In this document: positions 18,824 to 37,909 of the stretch, one piece after another | Position numbering within the stretch: position 1 is the first letter of the stretch | Layout of the letters: each line of letters begins with the position of its first letter | Source of the DNA: an uncultured Woeseiaceae bacterium | GTDB lineage: Bacteria > Pseudomonadota > Gammaproteobacteria > Steroidobacterales > Woeseiaceae | Length of the DNA: 59,312 bases | Reading direction: 5' to 3' | NCBI GenBank assembly: GCA_964611535.1 | Contig: CAZTAE010000001.1 | Span: forward strand, 1 to 59,312 | Notes under the pieces: generated by a model | What the model was told of the DNA's origin: nothing | Seen by the model: the letters and a program-made list of their open reading frames with translations, nothing else | The model's database searches: none | Program-made: the position numbers and the translations under genes

Positions 18824-19381
18824 GTGGAAACCATGAGCAACAACGCCTCGCTACCCGGCTATCAGCACGTCGACCACCTCGGCATTACGGTACCGGACCT
18901 CGATGCAGCCGTTGATTTCTATAGCCGCATTCTCGGCGCTGACGTGGCGTACCGGCTCGGTCCATTCGACGCTTCGGAAATGCCGCTGCAACCCGATGGG
19001 CGAGACTGGATGCAGGCGCATGTTGACGTGAAAGGCGCCAGGCTTTCCATCGCCATGCTCAAGATCGGCCCGAACATGATGATGGAGCTGTTCCAGTACG
19101 ACAAGCCAGGTGACCGGCGTTCCGAACCCCCCCGCAACTGCGACGTTGGCGGGCATCACTTCGCGCTGAAAGTCGACAAACTGGAGCCGGCGCTGAAGCA
19201 TCTGGAGGAGAACGGATGCACCTTGATGGATGGACCCATCGAGCTGCCGGAAGGTCCGACGGTCGGGTGCCGGTGCCAGTACCTTCGGGATCCCTGGGGC
19301 AACTACATCGAGCTGATGGAGTACGAGCGTCAGGCGTACATGGACGAGACGGGGGTACATCCATACGGCGTCGGGAACTGA
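18824..19381 (+). CDS. VOC-family (glyoxalase/bleomycin resistance/dioxygenase) protein
   Basis: 185 aa with YQHVDHLGITVPDLDAAVDFYSRILG and a later GGHHFALKV and YLRDPWGNYIEL, typical VOC beta-alpha-beta-beta-beta modules. The start may be ATG 18833 rather than GTG 18824. Confidence 0.8.
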   Translation: METMSNNASLPGYQHVDHLGITVPDLDAAVDFYSRILGADVAYRLGPFDASEMPLQPDGRDWMQAHVDVKGARLSIAMLKIGPNMMMELFQYDKPGDRRSEPPRNCDVGGHHFALKVDKLEPALKHLEENGCTLMDGPIELPEGPTVGCRCQYLRDPWGNYIELMEYERQAYMDETGVHPYGVGN

Positions 19382-19414
19382 GAGAACGCTCGTCAAACTG
19401 ACAGGAGCCAGGCG

Positions 19415-19816
19415 ATGACACGTAAAGCCGTCAATCCGGAAAATATGTATAACGCCGTGCAGTTCGGCTTCTCTCACGCCGTCGAAAGCACAGGGGGACG
19501 CATTCTGCACCTTGCCGGACAAGTGGCCTGGGATGAGGCGGGCGAACTGGTTGGACCCGAGGACCTTGCCGCGCAATCCGCACAGGTATTCCGCAACCTC
19601 AAGGCAGTACTGAACGAATGTGGCATGACGCCGGCCGACGTGGTCCGGTTGCGGACGTACGTCGTCGACTACTCACCCGACAAGCTTTCGGTGATTGGTC
19701 CGGCAATCAATGATTTCTATGGCGACGTGACACCGGCAGCCAATACCCTGCTCGGCGTGGCGTCACTGGCGATGCCGGACTTTCTGATCGAAGTAGAGGC
19801 TACCGCAGTCAAGTAA
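19415..19816 (+). CDS. RidA/YjgF/endoribonuclease L-PSP family protein
   Basis: 133 aa with HLAGQVAWDEAGELVG...VRLRTYVVD...IEVEATAV, a typical RidA-family layout. Confidence 0.9.
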   Translation: MTRKAVNPENMYNAVQFGFSHAVESTGGRILHLAGQVAWDEAGELVGPEDLAAQSAQVFRNLKAVLNECGMTPADVVRLRTYVVDYSPDKLSVIGPAINDFYGDVTPAANTLLGVASLAMPDFLIEVEATAVK

Positions 19817-19827
19817 TCCGGCGACTG

Positions 19828-19857
19828 GGCGCCGTCGGCCGTCGCCGCGTCGGCGCC
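19828..19857. terminator. Candidate bidirectional hairpin between convergent RidA and malQ-treY genes
   Basis: GGCGCCG (19828-19834) pairs with CGGCGCC (19851-19857) across a 16-nt loop. It sits in the 47-bp convergent gap. There is no clear U-tract. Confidence 0.3.
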
Positions 19858-19863
19858 TGTCTG

Positions 19864-24992
<5,129 letters not shown>

Positions 24993-24996
<4 letters not shown>

Positions 24997-26804
24997 TGCG
25001 GCTCGAGGAACCAGAAGGCGGACCAGGGCGGCAGCCGGGCGCCCGGGTCGATGGCGGTGCCAACCGGCTCGGCGTGCAGGCACCGCCCCCGCGGAACGTC
25101 ACCGTCGATCCCGAGCGCTTGCTGCCCGAGATTCGCCAGCAGCGTGAGCCGCGCACCGTTCGCCAGCTGCCAGGTCACGAGCAGGCCGGCATCGCCGGGA
25201 AAGCGGACGGCCGTTACGGCCTCGGCGGGCAGCCCCGGCACGACGTGTTGGCGGCGGAGCGCCAGCAGGTCGCGGTAGAGCGCCAGCATTCCGGCGTGTT
25301 CCGGTTTTTCCGCGGCGTCCCAGTCGATGACGCTCTTCGCGAACGTCGCCGGCGCAATCGGGTCAGGCAGCTCGTCGCCGGCGAAGGTCGCGAAGCTGCC
25401 GAACTCGCGCTTGCGGCCGCTCCTGACCGCTTCGGCGAGCTCCCCTTCGAAGTCGGCGAAATAAAGGAAAGGCTGCGTGCAGCCGAACTCCTCCCCCATG
25501 AAAAGTCCGGGCACGGCGGGGCTCATGAGCAGGATGCTGGTGACCGCCCTCAGCGGGCGCGCCGGCGCGAGTGCCGCCAGGCGGTCGCCGAACGCGCGGT
25601 TGCCGACCTGGTCGTGGTTCTGCAGGAAGTCGATGAACGCCGTCGACGGCAGTTGGCCGCTCGGCTCGCCCCGCGGCGTGCCGCCGTGGAAGGGCGACGG
25701 CTCGCCCTGGTACGCGAAGCCCTCGGTCAGGCAGCGCGCCAGGTGCGCGAGCGGACGGTCCGCGTAATCGGCGTAGTAGCCGTCGGACTCGCCGGTGAGC
25801 AGCGTATGGCAGGCATGGTGGAAGTCGTCGTTCCACTGCGCCGCGTAGCGCCGCGGCCTGCGCTCGAGATAGCGGGCTTCATTGTCGTAGTTCTCGAGCA
25901 CCAGGTGTATCGGACGACTGCGGCCGGGACCGCCGTGCACCGCGTCGGCCAGCTCTTCCAGGATATCGGGTGCGGAGTCGTCGGCTATCGCGTGAACCGC
26001 ATCCAGGCGCAGGCCGTCCAGCCGATATTCCTCGAGCCAGTGGAGCGCGTTGTGGATGAAGAAGTCCCGCACGACGCGGCTGTCCCGGCCGTCGAAGTTG
26101 ATCGCGTCGCCCCAGGGCGTCTGGTGCCGATCCGTGAAGAACGCGCTCGCATACGCGTGCAGCCAGTTGCCCTCCGGGCCGAAGTGGTTGTAGACGACGT
26201 CGAGGAGGACCATGATGCCCTGCGCCTGCGCGGCATCGACGAACGAGCGGAAATCGTCCGGGCGCCCGTAGGCCGGATGCGGCGCGAACGGCAGCACCCC
26301 GTCGTAGCCCCAGTTGCGCGCGCCGGCGAAGGTCGCCACCGGCATGATCTCGACAGCCGTAACGCCCAGGTCGGCGAGGTAAGCGAGCCGCTCCTTCGCC
26401 GATGCGAAGGTTCCGCCCGCAGTGAAAGTCCCGATGTGCAACTCATAGACGACGGCCTCCTCCCACGGCCGGCCGGCCCAGGGGTGCTGCCAGCGATAGC
26501 CGGCGGGATCTATCACCTCGCTCGGGCCGTCGACGCCCTCCGGCTGGAAGCGGGAGGCCGGGTCCGGCACGTCGGTTTCGCCGTTTATCCGGTACCGGTA
26601 TCGCGTGCCGGGCGCGGCGTCCGCCGTCGTCAGTCCGAACCAGCCGTCCTCGCCGGGCGGCATCTCGAGCCTCCGTCCCGGGCCGCCATCGAGGATGCCG
26701 AGCTCGACCCGAGTCGCATCCGGCGCCCACAGCGCGAAGCGCAGGCGGCCGTCGGCGACCGTCTCGGCGCCGAATGACATGCTGTGCCTGAGCGCGGGCG
26801 TCAT
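24993..26804 (-). CDS. treZ: Malto-oligosyltrehalose trehalohydrolase (GH13)
   Basis: In-frame ATG at 26804 within ORF 24993..27320 gives MTPALRHSMSFGAETVADGRLRFALWAP. Further motifs are NWGYDGVLPFAPHPAYG, LDVVYNHFGPEGN and GLRLDAVHAI. The start overlaps the glgX stop as ATGA. The upstream part of the ORF overlaps glgX in another frame. Confidence 0.92.
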
Positions 26805-28945
26805 CGTCCGCTCGCGCGGTGGGGACTCGGCTGGCTCAATACGACCACGGACCGCCCCTCCAGCGGATACTCGTCGCCGGCGAGATGGCGGCCTTGGGCT
26901 TTCAGGCCGCCGTCGCGCGCCGTGTCGATGATGGCGAGCCAGCGCGTGCCGCTGGCAAGGGACGGCAGGGTGAACGGCACCTCCTCGTGGTGCGCGTTCA
27001 TCAGCACGAGAAAGCTGTCGTCGAGGATCCTGTTCCCCCGTGCGTCCAGCTCCTCGATGCCTTCGCCGGGCAGCAGCATGCCCAGCGTCTTGGCCACGTC
27101 GCTGTCCCACTGCGCTTCCGTCATCTCGGTGGCTTCCGGGTTGAGCCACAGGATGTCCTTTACGCTCGCGCCCTTGATCGCCTGTCCCTGGAAGAAGCGG
27201 CGGCGGCGAAAGATCGGGTGCTTTCTTCGCAGCTCGATGAGCCATTGCACGAACGCGAGCAGGGAGCGGTCCTCGTTCTCGAACTCCCAGTTCATCCAGC
27301 TGATCTCGTTGTCCTGGCAATAAGCGTTGTTGTTGCCTCCCTGGCTGCGGTTTACCTCGTCGCCTGAAAGCAGCATGGGCACGCCCTGCGACAGAAACAG
27401 TGTCGCGAGAAAATTGCGCTGCTGGCGCGCGCGCAGGGCCAGTATCTCCGGGTCGTCTGTTTCGCCCTCGACGCCGCAGTTCCAGCTGCGGTTGTGGGAC
27501 TCTCCGTCACGATTGTCTTCGAGATTCGCCTCGTTGTGCTTCTCGTTGTAGCTCACGAGGTCGCGCAGCGTGAAACCGTCGTGCGCGGTGATGAAGTTGA
27601 TGCTCGCCACGGGACGCCGGCCGTTGCGCGCGTAAAGGTCGCTCGAGCCGGTGAGGCGGTACCCGAGCTCCCCGACCAGGCCGCCCTCGCCGCGCCAGTA
27701 ATCGCGGATATGATCCCGGTAGCGTCCGTTCCATTCCGTCCATCCGGGCGGAAAATTGCCGACCTGGTAGCCGCCTTCGCCGATATCCCAGGGCTCGGCG
27801 ATCAGCTTGACCTGCGAGAGCACCGGATCCTGGTGGATCGTGTCCAGGAACGCCGTCAGGCGGCTCATGTCGTGGAGCTCGCGCGCGAGCGCAGCAGCCA
27901 GGTCGAAGCGAAAGCCGTCGACGTGCATCTCGAGCACCCAGTAGCGCAGGCTGTCCATGATGAGCTGCAGGGTTCGCGGGTGCCCCATGTTGAGCGTGTT
28001 GCCACAGCCGGTGTAGTCGGTGTAGTAGCGGCGCCGCCTGGCTTCCGTCCGGTAGTACGTCAGGTTGTCGATGCCCCGGAAGCACAGCGTCGGCCCGAGG
28101 TGGTTGCCCTCCGCCGTGTGGTTGTAGACGACGTCCAGGATGACCTCGATGCCGGCCGAGTGCAGCTTCTTGACCATCGACTTGAACTCGGACGCGGCAT
28201 CCAGGGACCGGCAATAGGGGTGCGGCGCAAAAAAGCCGATCGTGTTGTAGCCCCAGTAGTTGCTGAGGCCTTTCTCGACCAGGCTCCGCTCGCTCAGGGC
28301 CGCGTGAACCGGCATGAGCTCGACGGCCGTGACGCCGAGCTCCTGGAGATAGTCGATGACGGCGGGAGTCGCGAGTCCGGCATAGGTGCCGCGCAATTCC
28401 GGCGCCACGTCCGGATGGGTTGCCGTGAAGCCCTTGACGTGCAACTCGTAGATGACGGTGTCGTGCCACGCGGTGCGCGGCCTGCGATCGTCGCCCCAGG
28501 TGAACGCGGAGTCGATGACGCGGCACTTCGGCATGTGCGCGGCATTGTCGCGTTTGTCGAAAGACAGGTCCTCGCGCTTGTCGGCAACATCGTACCCGAA
28601 GTGCGTGTCGGACCACCCCGGCCAGTTTTCGATGCCTTTTGCGTACGGGTCGAGCAGCAGCTTGTGGGGGTTGAAGCGATGCCCCTTTGCGGGGTCGTAC
28701 GGCCCGAAGACCCGGTAGCCGTAGCGCTGACCGGGGCGCGCGTCCGGCAGGTAGCAGTGCCATACCTGGTCGGTCTTCTCCGGCATCGGCACCGCCTGTT
28801 CCTCGTTCTGGTCGCCGAAAAGGCAGAGCTCCACCTTCTCGGCGTGCTCCGTGAACAGGGCGAAGTTGACGCCCTCGCCGTCCCACGTTGCGCCGAGGGG
28901 ATAGGGTGCGCCGAGCCAGACTCGGGAAAATTCGGGATTCGACAC
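26801..28945 (-). CDS. glgX: Glycogen debranching enzyme (GH13)
   Basis: 714 aa with LGATWDGEGVNFALFTEHAEKVELCLF, YWGYNTIGFFAPH, ILDVVYNHTAEG, GFRFDLAAAL, IAEPWD and FITAHDGFTLRDL. Confidence 0.95.
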   Translation of the reverse strand: MSNPEFSRVWLGAPYPLGATWDGEGVNFALFTEHAEKVELCLFGDQNEEQAVPMPEKTDQVWHCYLPDARPGQRYGYRVFGPYDPAKGHRFNPHKLLLDPYAKGIENWPGWSDTHFGYDVADKREDLSFDKRDNAAHMPKCRVIDSAFTWGDDRRPRTAWHDTVIYELHVKGFTATHPDVAPELRGTYAGLATPAVIDYLQELGVTAVELMPVHAALSERSLVEKGLSNYWGYNTIGFFAPHPYCRSLDAASEFKSMVKKLHSAGIEVILDVVYNHTAEGNHLGPTLCFRGIDNLTYYRTEARRRRYYTDYTGCGNTLNMGHPRTLQLIMDSLRYWVLEMHVDGFRFDLAAALARELHDMSRLTAFLDTIHQDPVLSQVKLIAEPWDIGEGGYQVGNFPPGWTEWNGRYRDHIRDYWRGEGGLVGELGYRLTGSSDLYARNGRRPVASINFITAHDGFTLRDLVSYNEKHNEANLEDNRDGESHNRSWNCGVEGETDDPEILALRARQQRNFLATLFLSQGVPMLLSGDEVNRSQGGNNNAYCQDNEISWMNWEFENEDRSLLAFVQWLIELRRKHPIFRRRRFFQGQAIKGASVKDILWLNPEATEMTEAQWDSDVAKTLGMLLPGEGIEELDARGNRILDDSFLVLMNAHHEEVPFTLPSLASGTRWLAIIDTARDGGLKAQGRHLAGDEYPLEGRSVVVLSQPSPHRASGR

Positions 28946-29037
28946 TAGCCTCGTCCTGGTATACGTACGGTAATGAGATCGGTCGGGCGCGGAACGCGCC
29001 GGCTGCTGTGCTTACGGCCCGCCGGGCGAGCAAGACG

Positions 29038-32345
<3,308 letters not shown>

Positions 32346-32349
<4 letters not shown>

Positions 32350-34334
32350 ATGAACTGGTCGTAATCCTGCTCCGTGAGCACGCGCCGGCGAAGCCGGAAG
32401 ACGTGTGCCTGGGATCCCTGCGGATCGAGCTCCACGTAGTTCCTCGGACCGTGCCAGAGGTAGCGGGAGTCCGACAGCAGGTCGTGAAGCTGGTAAGGCT
32501 GCTCTGCGTCCATTCCCCACGCCCCGAGGGGAAGCTCGATGAACCCGCTCTGCCGGTAGTCCGGATCCAGATTGACGACCACCAGCACGATGTTCCGCAA
32601 GTCTTCCGTGGCTTTCGAGTAACAGACGAGCTGCTCGTTGCTTACCGGATGGAATTGCAGGCGCCAGTCCGAATGCAGGGCGGGATTCTCCCGGCGAATC
32701 CGGTTGAGCCGTGCGATGTAATGGAACAGGCCGTCGGGACGGTCGAGATCCCAATGGCGGACCTGGTACTTCTCCGAAGCCCGGTATTCTTCCGTCCCGG
32801 GCTCGCGAGGCGCGTGTTCCAGCAATTCGTAGGCGGGACCGTAAATGCCGTAGTTGGCTGCCAGCGTCGCTGCCAGCGTGATCCGGGTCACGAACGCCGG
32901 CCTCCCGCCGGTCTGCAGGTACTCGTGGAGGATGTCCGGCGTGTTCGGCCAGAAGTTCGGGCGAAAATACTCGCGCGACGGATGCTGTGACAGCTCCGTC
33001 AGGTATTCCACGATCTCCTGCCGGGTGTTGCGCCATGTGAAGTAGGTGTAGGACTGCGTAAAGCCCAGTTTTGCGAGGCGGTGCATCACCTTGGGTCGCG
33101 TAAAGGCCTCGGACAGGAAGATCACCTCGGGATGGGCGCGCTTGATCCGCTGGATGAGCCACTCCCAGAACGCGAACGGCTTGGTATGCGGATTGTCGAC
33201 GCGAAAGATGAGCACGCCCTGCCCGATCCAGAACTCGAAGACGCTGGCGAGCTCCGTCCAGAGCGCCTCCGCGTCTTCCGTCTCGAAGTCGAACGGGTAG
33301 ATGTCCTCGTATTTCTTGGGCGGGTTCTCGGCGTACTGGATGGTCCCGTCCGGCCGCTGCCTGAACCACTCGGGATGCTCGCGCACGTAAGGATGATCGG
33401 GCGAGCACTGAAAGGCGATGTCGAGAGCAACCGCGATGTCGCGTTCCGCGGCGGCGGCGCAGAGCTCGCGAAAGTCCTCGAGCGTGCCGAGCGCCGGGTT
33501 GATCGACTTGTGCCCGCCTTCGTCCGAGCCGATGGCCCAGGGCGAGCCGGGATCGCCCGGCCGCGCCTTCAGCGCGTTGTCCGGACCCTTGCGGTTCGTG
33601 CGGCCGATCGGGTGTATCGGCGGCAGGTACAGCACGTCGAAGCCCATCTCGGCGACGTAGTCCAGGCGCTCGATGCACTGCTTGAGTGTTCCGTGCCCGG
33701 TACCGTCGCCCGCCGTCGAACGCGGAAAGAGCTCGTACCAGCTCGAGTAACGCGCCCGCGGCGGGTCGACGACGACCTCCAGCTTGCGGCCCCAGACCGT
33801 CTCGCGGCTGCGGTCCGGATAGAGGCGCATGAGCGATGCCAGCTCGGCGCCCAGCGCGAGACGCCGACGCTGGTCGAGGGGATCGTCGTTCTCCAGCCCG
33901 TCGGCCAGCTCCTGCAATCGCCTGCGGTCGCCGCCCCGGGCGCGCTTCGCCGCCGCTCGTGCCAGACCCACGGCCACCGGCAACGCACCGGCGATATCCG
34001 CGACCTCTTCCCGGCGTTCGAACTCGTGGCGCCACGACAGGAAGCGATCGACCCACGCAGCCACGCCGTACTCGTAGCGGCCGAGCTCCTCCACCCCGAA
34101 CTCGGCGCGCCAGCGGTCGTTGCCGAGCGGTTCCATCTCCGTTTCCCGCCATCGGGACGCGCCGCCCTTCCGATAGTGCAGCCGGCAGACGACGCGGTCG
34201 TGGCCGTCCGTGAACGCATCGGCTTCGACCGTCACGCGTTCGCCGATGACCCGTTTGATCGGGAAGCGCCCGCAGTCGACCTCCGGCCGCACGGCCTCGA
34301 TGATGACCCTGCGGCGGTCCTCATCGACCCCCAT
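32346..34334 (-). CDS. glgE: Alpha-1,4-glucan:maltose-1-phosphate maltosyltransferase
   Basis: Motifs: [74 protein letters not shown]. The preferred start is ATG 34334, preceded by GGAGGA. The ORF could extend to 34358. Confidence 0.93.
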
Positions 34335-36405
34335 GCCGTCCTCCGGGCGGGGCGCCAAGGATCAGCACGCCGAGCGGCGGCAGGTTCAGCGACAGCGAGT
34401 GGTAACGGCCGTGCGCGGGCACCGGCGAGCTCTCGACGCCGCCCAGGTTTCCCTGTCCGCTGCCGCCGTAGGCGGGTGCATCGCTGTTCAGGAGTTCCTT
34501 CCAGTGTCCGGGGAACGGCACACCGATCCGGTAGTTGTTCCTCGGCACCGGCGTGAAGTTGATGACGACCACGACGGGACGTGCGTCCGCGGCGTCCTTG
34601 CGAACGTAGCTCAAGACGCTGTTCTCCGAATCGGTGCAGTCGATCCATTCGAAGCCCTCCCGCGCAAAGTCCTGTTGCCAGAGGGCGGGTTCCGAACGGT
34701 AGACCGCGTGCAGATCCGTAGCCCACCGTTGCACGCCCGCGTGCAGGGGATCGTCGGCGAGCTGCCACGCAAGCTGTCCTTCGTGACTCCACTCGTCCCA
34801 CTGGCCGAACTCACAGCCCATGAACAGAAGCTTCTTGCCCGGGTGCGTGTACATGTAGCCCAGCAAGGCGCGCAGGTTCGCGAAACGTTGCCATTCGTCG
34901 CCAGGCATCTTGCGCAAGAGGGACCCCTTACCGTAGACGACCTCGTCGTGGGACAGCGGCAGGAGGAAATTCTCGGTGAACGCGTAGAAGATGCTGAACG
35001 TCAGCTCGTTGTGGTGATACTTCCGGTACATCGGGTCGCGCGCAAAGTACGCGAGCGTGTCGTGCATCCAGCCCATGTTCCATTTCATGCCGAAGCCGAG
35101 CCCGCCGAGCTCGACCGGTCGGGACACCATCGGCCAGGCCGTCGACTCTTCAGCGATCGTCTGCACGTCCGGGTAATGTCGGTACAGCGTCTCGTTGAGC
35201 CGGCGCAGGAAGCCCATCGCCTCCAGGTTCTCGCGGCCGCCGTACCGGTTCGGAATCCATTCGCCTTCCTTGCGTGCGTAATCGAGGTACAGCATGGATG
35301 CGACGGCATCCACCCGCAGTGCGTCGATGTGGTACCTGTCCAGCCAGAATTCCGCACTGGAAAGCAGGAACGAGCGGACTTCGTCGCGCCCGTAGTTGAA
35401 CAGATAGCTGTGCCACTCGGGGTGATAACCCTGCTTCGGATCCCGGTGCTCGAAGAGATGGGTGCCGTCGAAGAACGCCAGCCCGTGCTCATCGCCGGGA
35501 AAATGCGACGGGACCCAGTCCATGATGACGCCAATACCGCGCTGGTGCAGGTAATCGATCAGGTACATCAGGTCCTGCGGCGTGCCGTAGCGCGCCGTCG
35601 GTGCGAAATAGCCGATGGTCTGGTAGCCCCAGGAACCGTAGAAGGGATGCTCGGTCAGCGGCAGGAACTCGACGTGCGTGAAGCCGACGCTCGATACGTA
35701 GTCGGCGAGCGGCTCCGCAATCTCCCGGAAGCCCAGGTAGCGTCCGCCGTCGTCATCCCGCCGTCGCCAGCTTCCAAGATGCACTTCGTAGATCGACCAC
35801 GGCGCGTCCAGGCTGTTGGCGCGGCCTCGCTCCGCCATCCACTTTGCGTCGCCCCAGTCGTAGTCGAGCTTCCAGACCCGGGAAGCGGTGCGCGGGGGCG
35901 CCTCCGCGGCGAAAGCGAAAGGATCCGCCTTGTCGACGCCGTAGCCACCCTCGCGCGACTCGATCCGGTACTTGTAGACGGCGCCCTGCTCGACGCCTTC
36001 GATGAAGCCCTGCCAGATACCGGACTCGTCCCAACGGGGCTGCAGCGGGTGAGCGTCGGGCTGCCAGCCGTTGAAATCGCCCAGCACGGACACCCGCTCG
36101 GCGTTGGGCGCCCAGACCGCGAAGTGGGTACCGGCCGGACTTCCCGACGTGCGCCGCCCTCGCGCCTGCGCCGGCACGGGATGGGCGCCCAGGACCTGGT
36201 ACAGGCGCGCGTGCGTGCCCTCCCGGAACAGGTAGACGTCGTCCTCCGTACCGGGAGGGCCGTGTTTCGATTTGTCCGTCGAGACTTGTCCTGGCACGTC
36301 AGCTGGTCTGATGAACGGCATTCCCTGCGGCGGCGGGCAGGCGGCTGCCGCGCCGGACCGCCGGGCGGGGAGCCACGACGGCTCCCCGTGCGACAGAGTG
36401 TACAT
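34321..36405 (-). CDS. glgB: 1,4-alpha-glucan branching enzyme (GH13)
   Basis: Motifs: [86 protein letters not shown]. The start is uncertain (36405 or ATG 36321). Confidence 0.93.
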   Translation of the reverse strand: MYTLSHGEPSWLPARRSGAAAACPPPQGMPFIRPADVPGQVSTDKSKHGPPGTEDDVYLFREGTHARLYQVLGAHPVPAQARGRRTSGSPAGTHFAVWAPNAERVSVLGDFNGWQPDAHPLQPRWDESGIWQGFIEGVEQGAVYKYRIESREGGYGVDKADPFAFAAEAPPRTASRVWKLDYDWGDAKWMAERGRANSLDAPWSIYEVHLGSWRRRDDDGGRYLGFREIAEPLADYVSSVGFTHVEFLPLTEHPFYGSWGYQTIGYFAPTARYGTPQDLMYLIDYLHQRGIGVIMDWVPSHFPGDEHGLAFFDGTHLFEHRDPKQGYHPEWHSYLFNYGRDEVRSFLLSSAEFWLDRYHIDALRVDAVASMLYLDYARKEGEWIPNRYGGRENLEAMGFLRRLNETLYRHYPDVQTIAEESTAWPMVSRPVELGGLGFGMKWNMGWMHDTLAYFARDPMYRKYHHNELTFSIFYAFTENFLLPLSHDEVVYGKGSLLRKMPGDEWQRFANLRALLGYMYTHPGKKLLFMGCEFGQWDEWSHEGQLAWQLADDPLHAGVQRWATDLHAVYRSEPALWQQDFAREGFEWIDCTDSENSVLSYVRKDAADARPVVVVINFTPVPRNNYRIGVPFPGHWKELLNSDAPAYGGSGQGNLGGVESSPVPAHGRYHSLSLNLPPLGVLILGAPPGGRHGGR

Positions 36406-36727
36406 GCAGCGCGGGAGATGCAGGAATCGTGCCGGTGGGGCGCTGTCACGCCCACCGGGAGCAGCGGTCTCATTGCCGCCCGGAAAACAGAACCGCCAGG
36501 GGCGATTTCAGCCGAAGATCACGATCCGCTCGCGGGGAATGCCGTCAGCACTTCGCGCAGCAGGTCCCAGCGATCGACGCGCTTTGGGGGTCTCGGCCGG
36601 CTGCCGCCGCTGAACGAGGCCGCCATCGGTTACGGCAGGCTGCGGGATCGCCTTCCGGCGGCGGCAGTCCGAGGTTCCGGAGTGTCAGCCCTGCGATCAA
36701 ACGCCCCTCCGGATGGTCTGTAGTTGA

Positions 36728-37864
36728 ATGAATTGCTCAATGAGCGCCGGAATGGTCTTCCTGTGGGCAGCCGCGTCGGTCGCGGGGCTGACCGCGTTGC
36801 CCGCTGCGGCTGCCGGCAGCGAGCCGGAGTCCCGCCAGTACACCTTCGCCTGGCCTTTTGCCGAGTCGAGCGAGATGCGTCCCCGCGGCGGCACGACCCG
36901 GGGGCCCGAGGTGACGCTCGATCGCGAGCCGGGAGACGCCTGGCGCTCGCTGCGGGAGCCGGAGCTCGCGGACGTCGAGCGCGACCGGCGGGCCATCCTG
37001 GCAATGGCCGGGCCGTACCGTACCACCTTCGACTTCATCGAGACCGCCGGCTTCGTGCCGGAGTTCGCGCCCTCGCGCCCGTACCAGTCCTGGGCTACCG
37101 AATACGTCCGCGTGATCGCCGACGAACCGGGCTTCATCAGCCTGCAGCACATCCTCGTGATGTACTTCGAGACCGAAGACGGAGAAACCCGGGGGCCGAT
37201 GGTGACCAAGCACTGGCGCCAGGACTGGCGCTACGAGGACCGCGACCTGCACGTCTACGCCGGCGACCACACCTGGGAGCGGCGACGGCTGTCGCAGGCC
37301 GAGGTGCGCGGCACCTGGTCCCAGGCCGTTTACCAGGTGGACGACTCGCCGCGGTACGAGGCGATCGGCCGCTGGGAACACCGCGGCAATCACTCGAGCT
37401 GGCTGAGCGGCAAGACCTGGCGGCCGCTGCCGCGGCGGGAGTCCAGTGTCCGCGACGACTATGACGTCCTCGCCGGCACGAATCGCCACACGATCACGCC
37501 GACCGGCTGGGTGCACGAGGAAGACAACCTGAAGCTGGTGCTGGAGCGGGGTCAGCCCCGCGAGACATTGCCGTACCTCGCGCGCGAGGCCGGGCTGAAC
37601 CGCTACGAGCGGACCGTCGGCCACGATTTCTCCGCCGGTGACGCCTACTGGGAGCGCACGAAAGCGTACTGGAGCGACGTGCGCGAAGCGTGGCGCGGGC
37701 TGAAGGCGGAGAGGGACCGTTTCAGAATCCGCCCGTCGGTCGACGGTGAGCGCCTGTTCGACGCGATGTTCGAATACGCGGAGGGCATAAAGACCGCCGA
37801 AGATTACGATCCGGCGGCGGGCAACGCCTGGATTCACGAGACGCTGTCACGATTCGTGGAATGA
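36728..37864 (+). CDS. Secreted hypothetical protein (Trp/Arg/Glu-rich)
   Basis: 378 aa with a signal peptide (MVFLWAAASVAGLTALPAAAAG). The composition is protein-like and GC3 is high. I recognise no catalytic motif. Conserved-looking strings are KHWRQDWRYED and GRWEHRGNHSSW. Confidence 0.6.
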   Translation: MNCSMSAGMVFLWAAASVAGLTALPAAAAGSEPESRQYTFAWPFAESSEMRPRGGTTRGPEVTLDREPGDAWRSLREPELADVERDRRAILAMAGPYRTTFDFIETAGFVPEFAPSRPYQSWATEYVRVIADEPGFISLQHILVMYFETEDGETRGPMVTKHWRQDWRYEDRDLHVYAGDHTWERRRLSQAEVRGTWSQAVYQVDDSPRYEAIGRWEHRGNHSSWLSGKTWRPLPRRESSVRDDYDVLAGTNRHTITPTGWVHEEDNLKLVLERGQPRETLPYLAREAGLNRYERTVGHDFSAGDAYWERTKAYWSDVREAWRGLKAERDRFRIRPSVDGERLFDAMFEYAEGIKTAEDYDPAAGNAWIHETLSRFVE

Positions 37865-37909
37865 AGCGAGTGCTCACCTGCGGTGCATCCCTCCGCGTCC
37901 GGCCGCCGC

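Noticed and set aside
32350-34152. N-terminal 600 aa of the 1704-aa ORF 29038..34152, and likewise the N-terminal extensions of ORFs 24993..27320, 7892..9454, 44117..45331, 48484..50334, 51331..53409 and 55054..56790
   Set aside because: These extensions overlap the upstream real genes in another frame and are Arg/Pro/Ala/Gly-rich. Internal starts with ATGA or GTGA overlaps, or with SD-like sequences, give proteins of canonical length.
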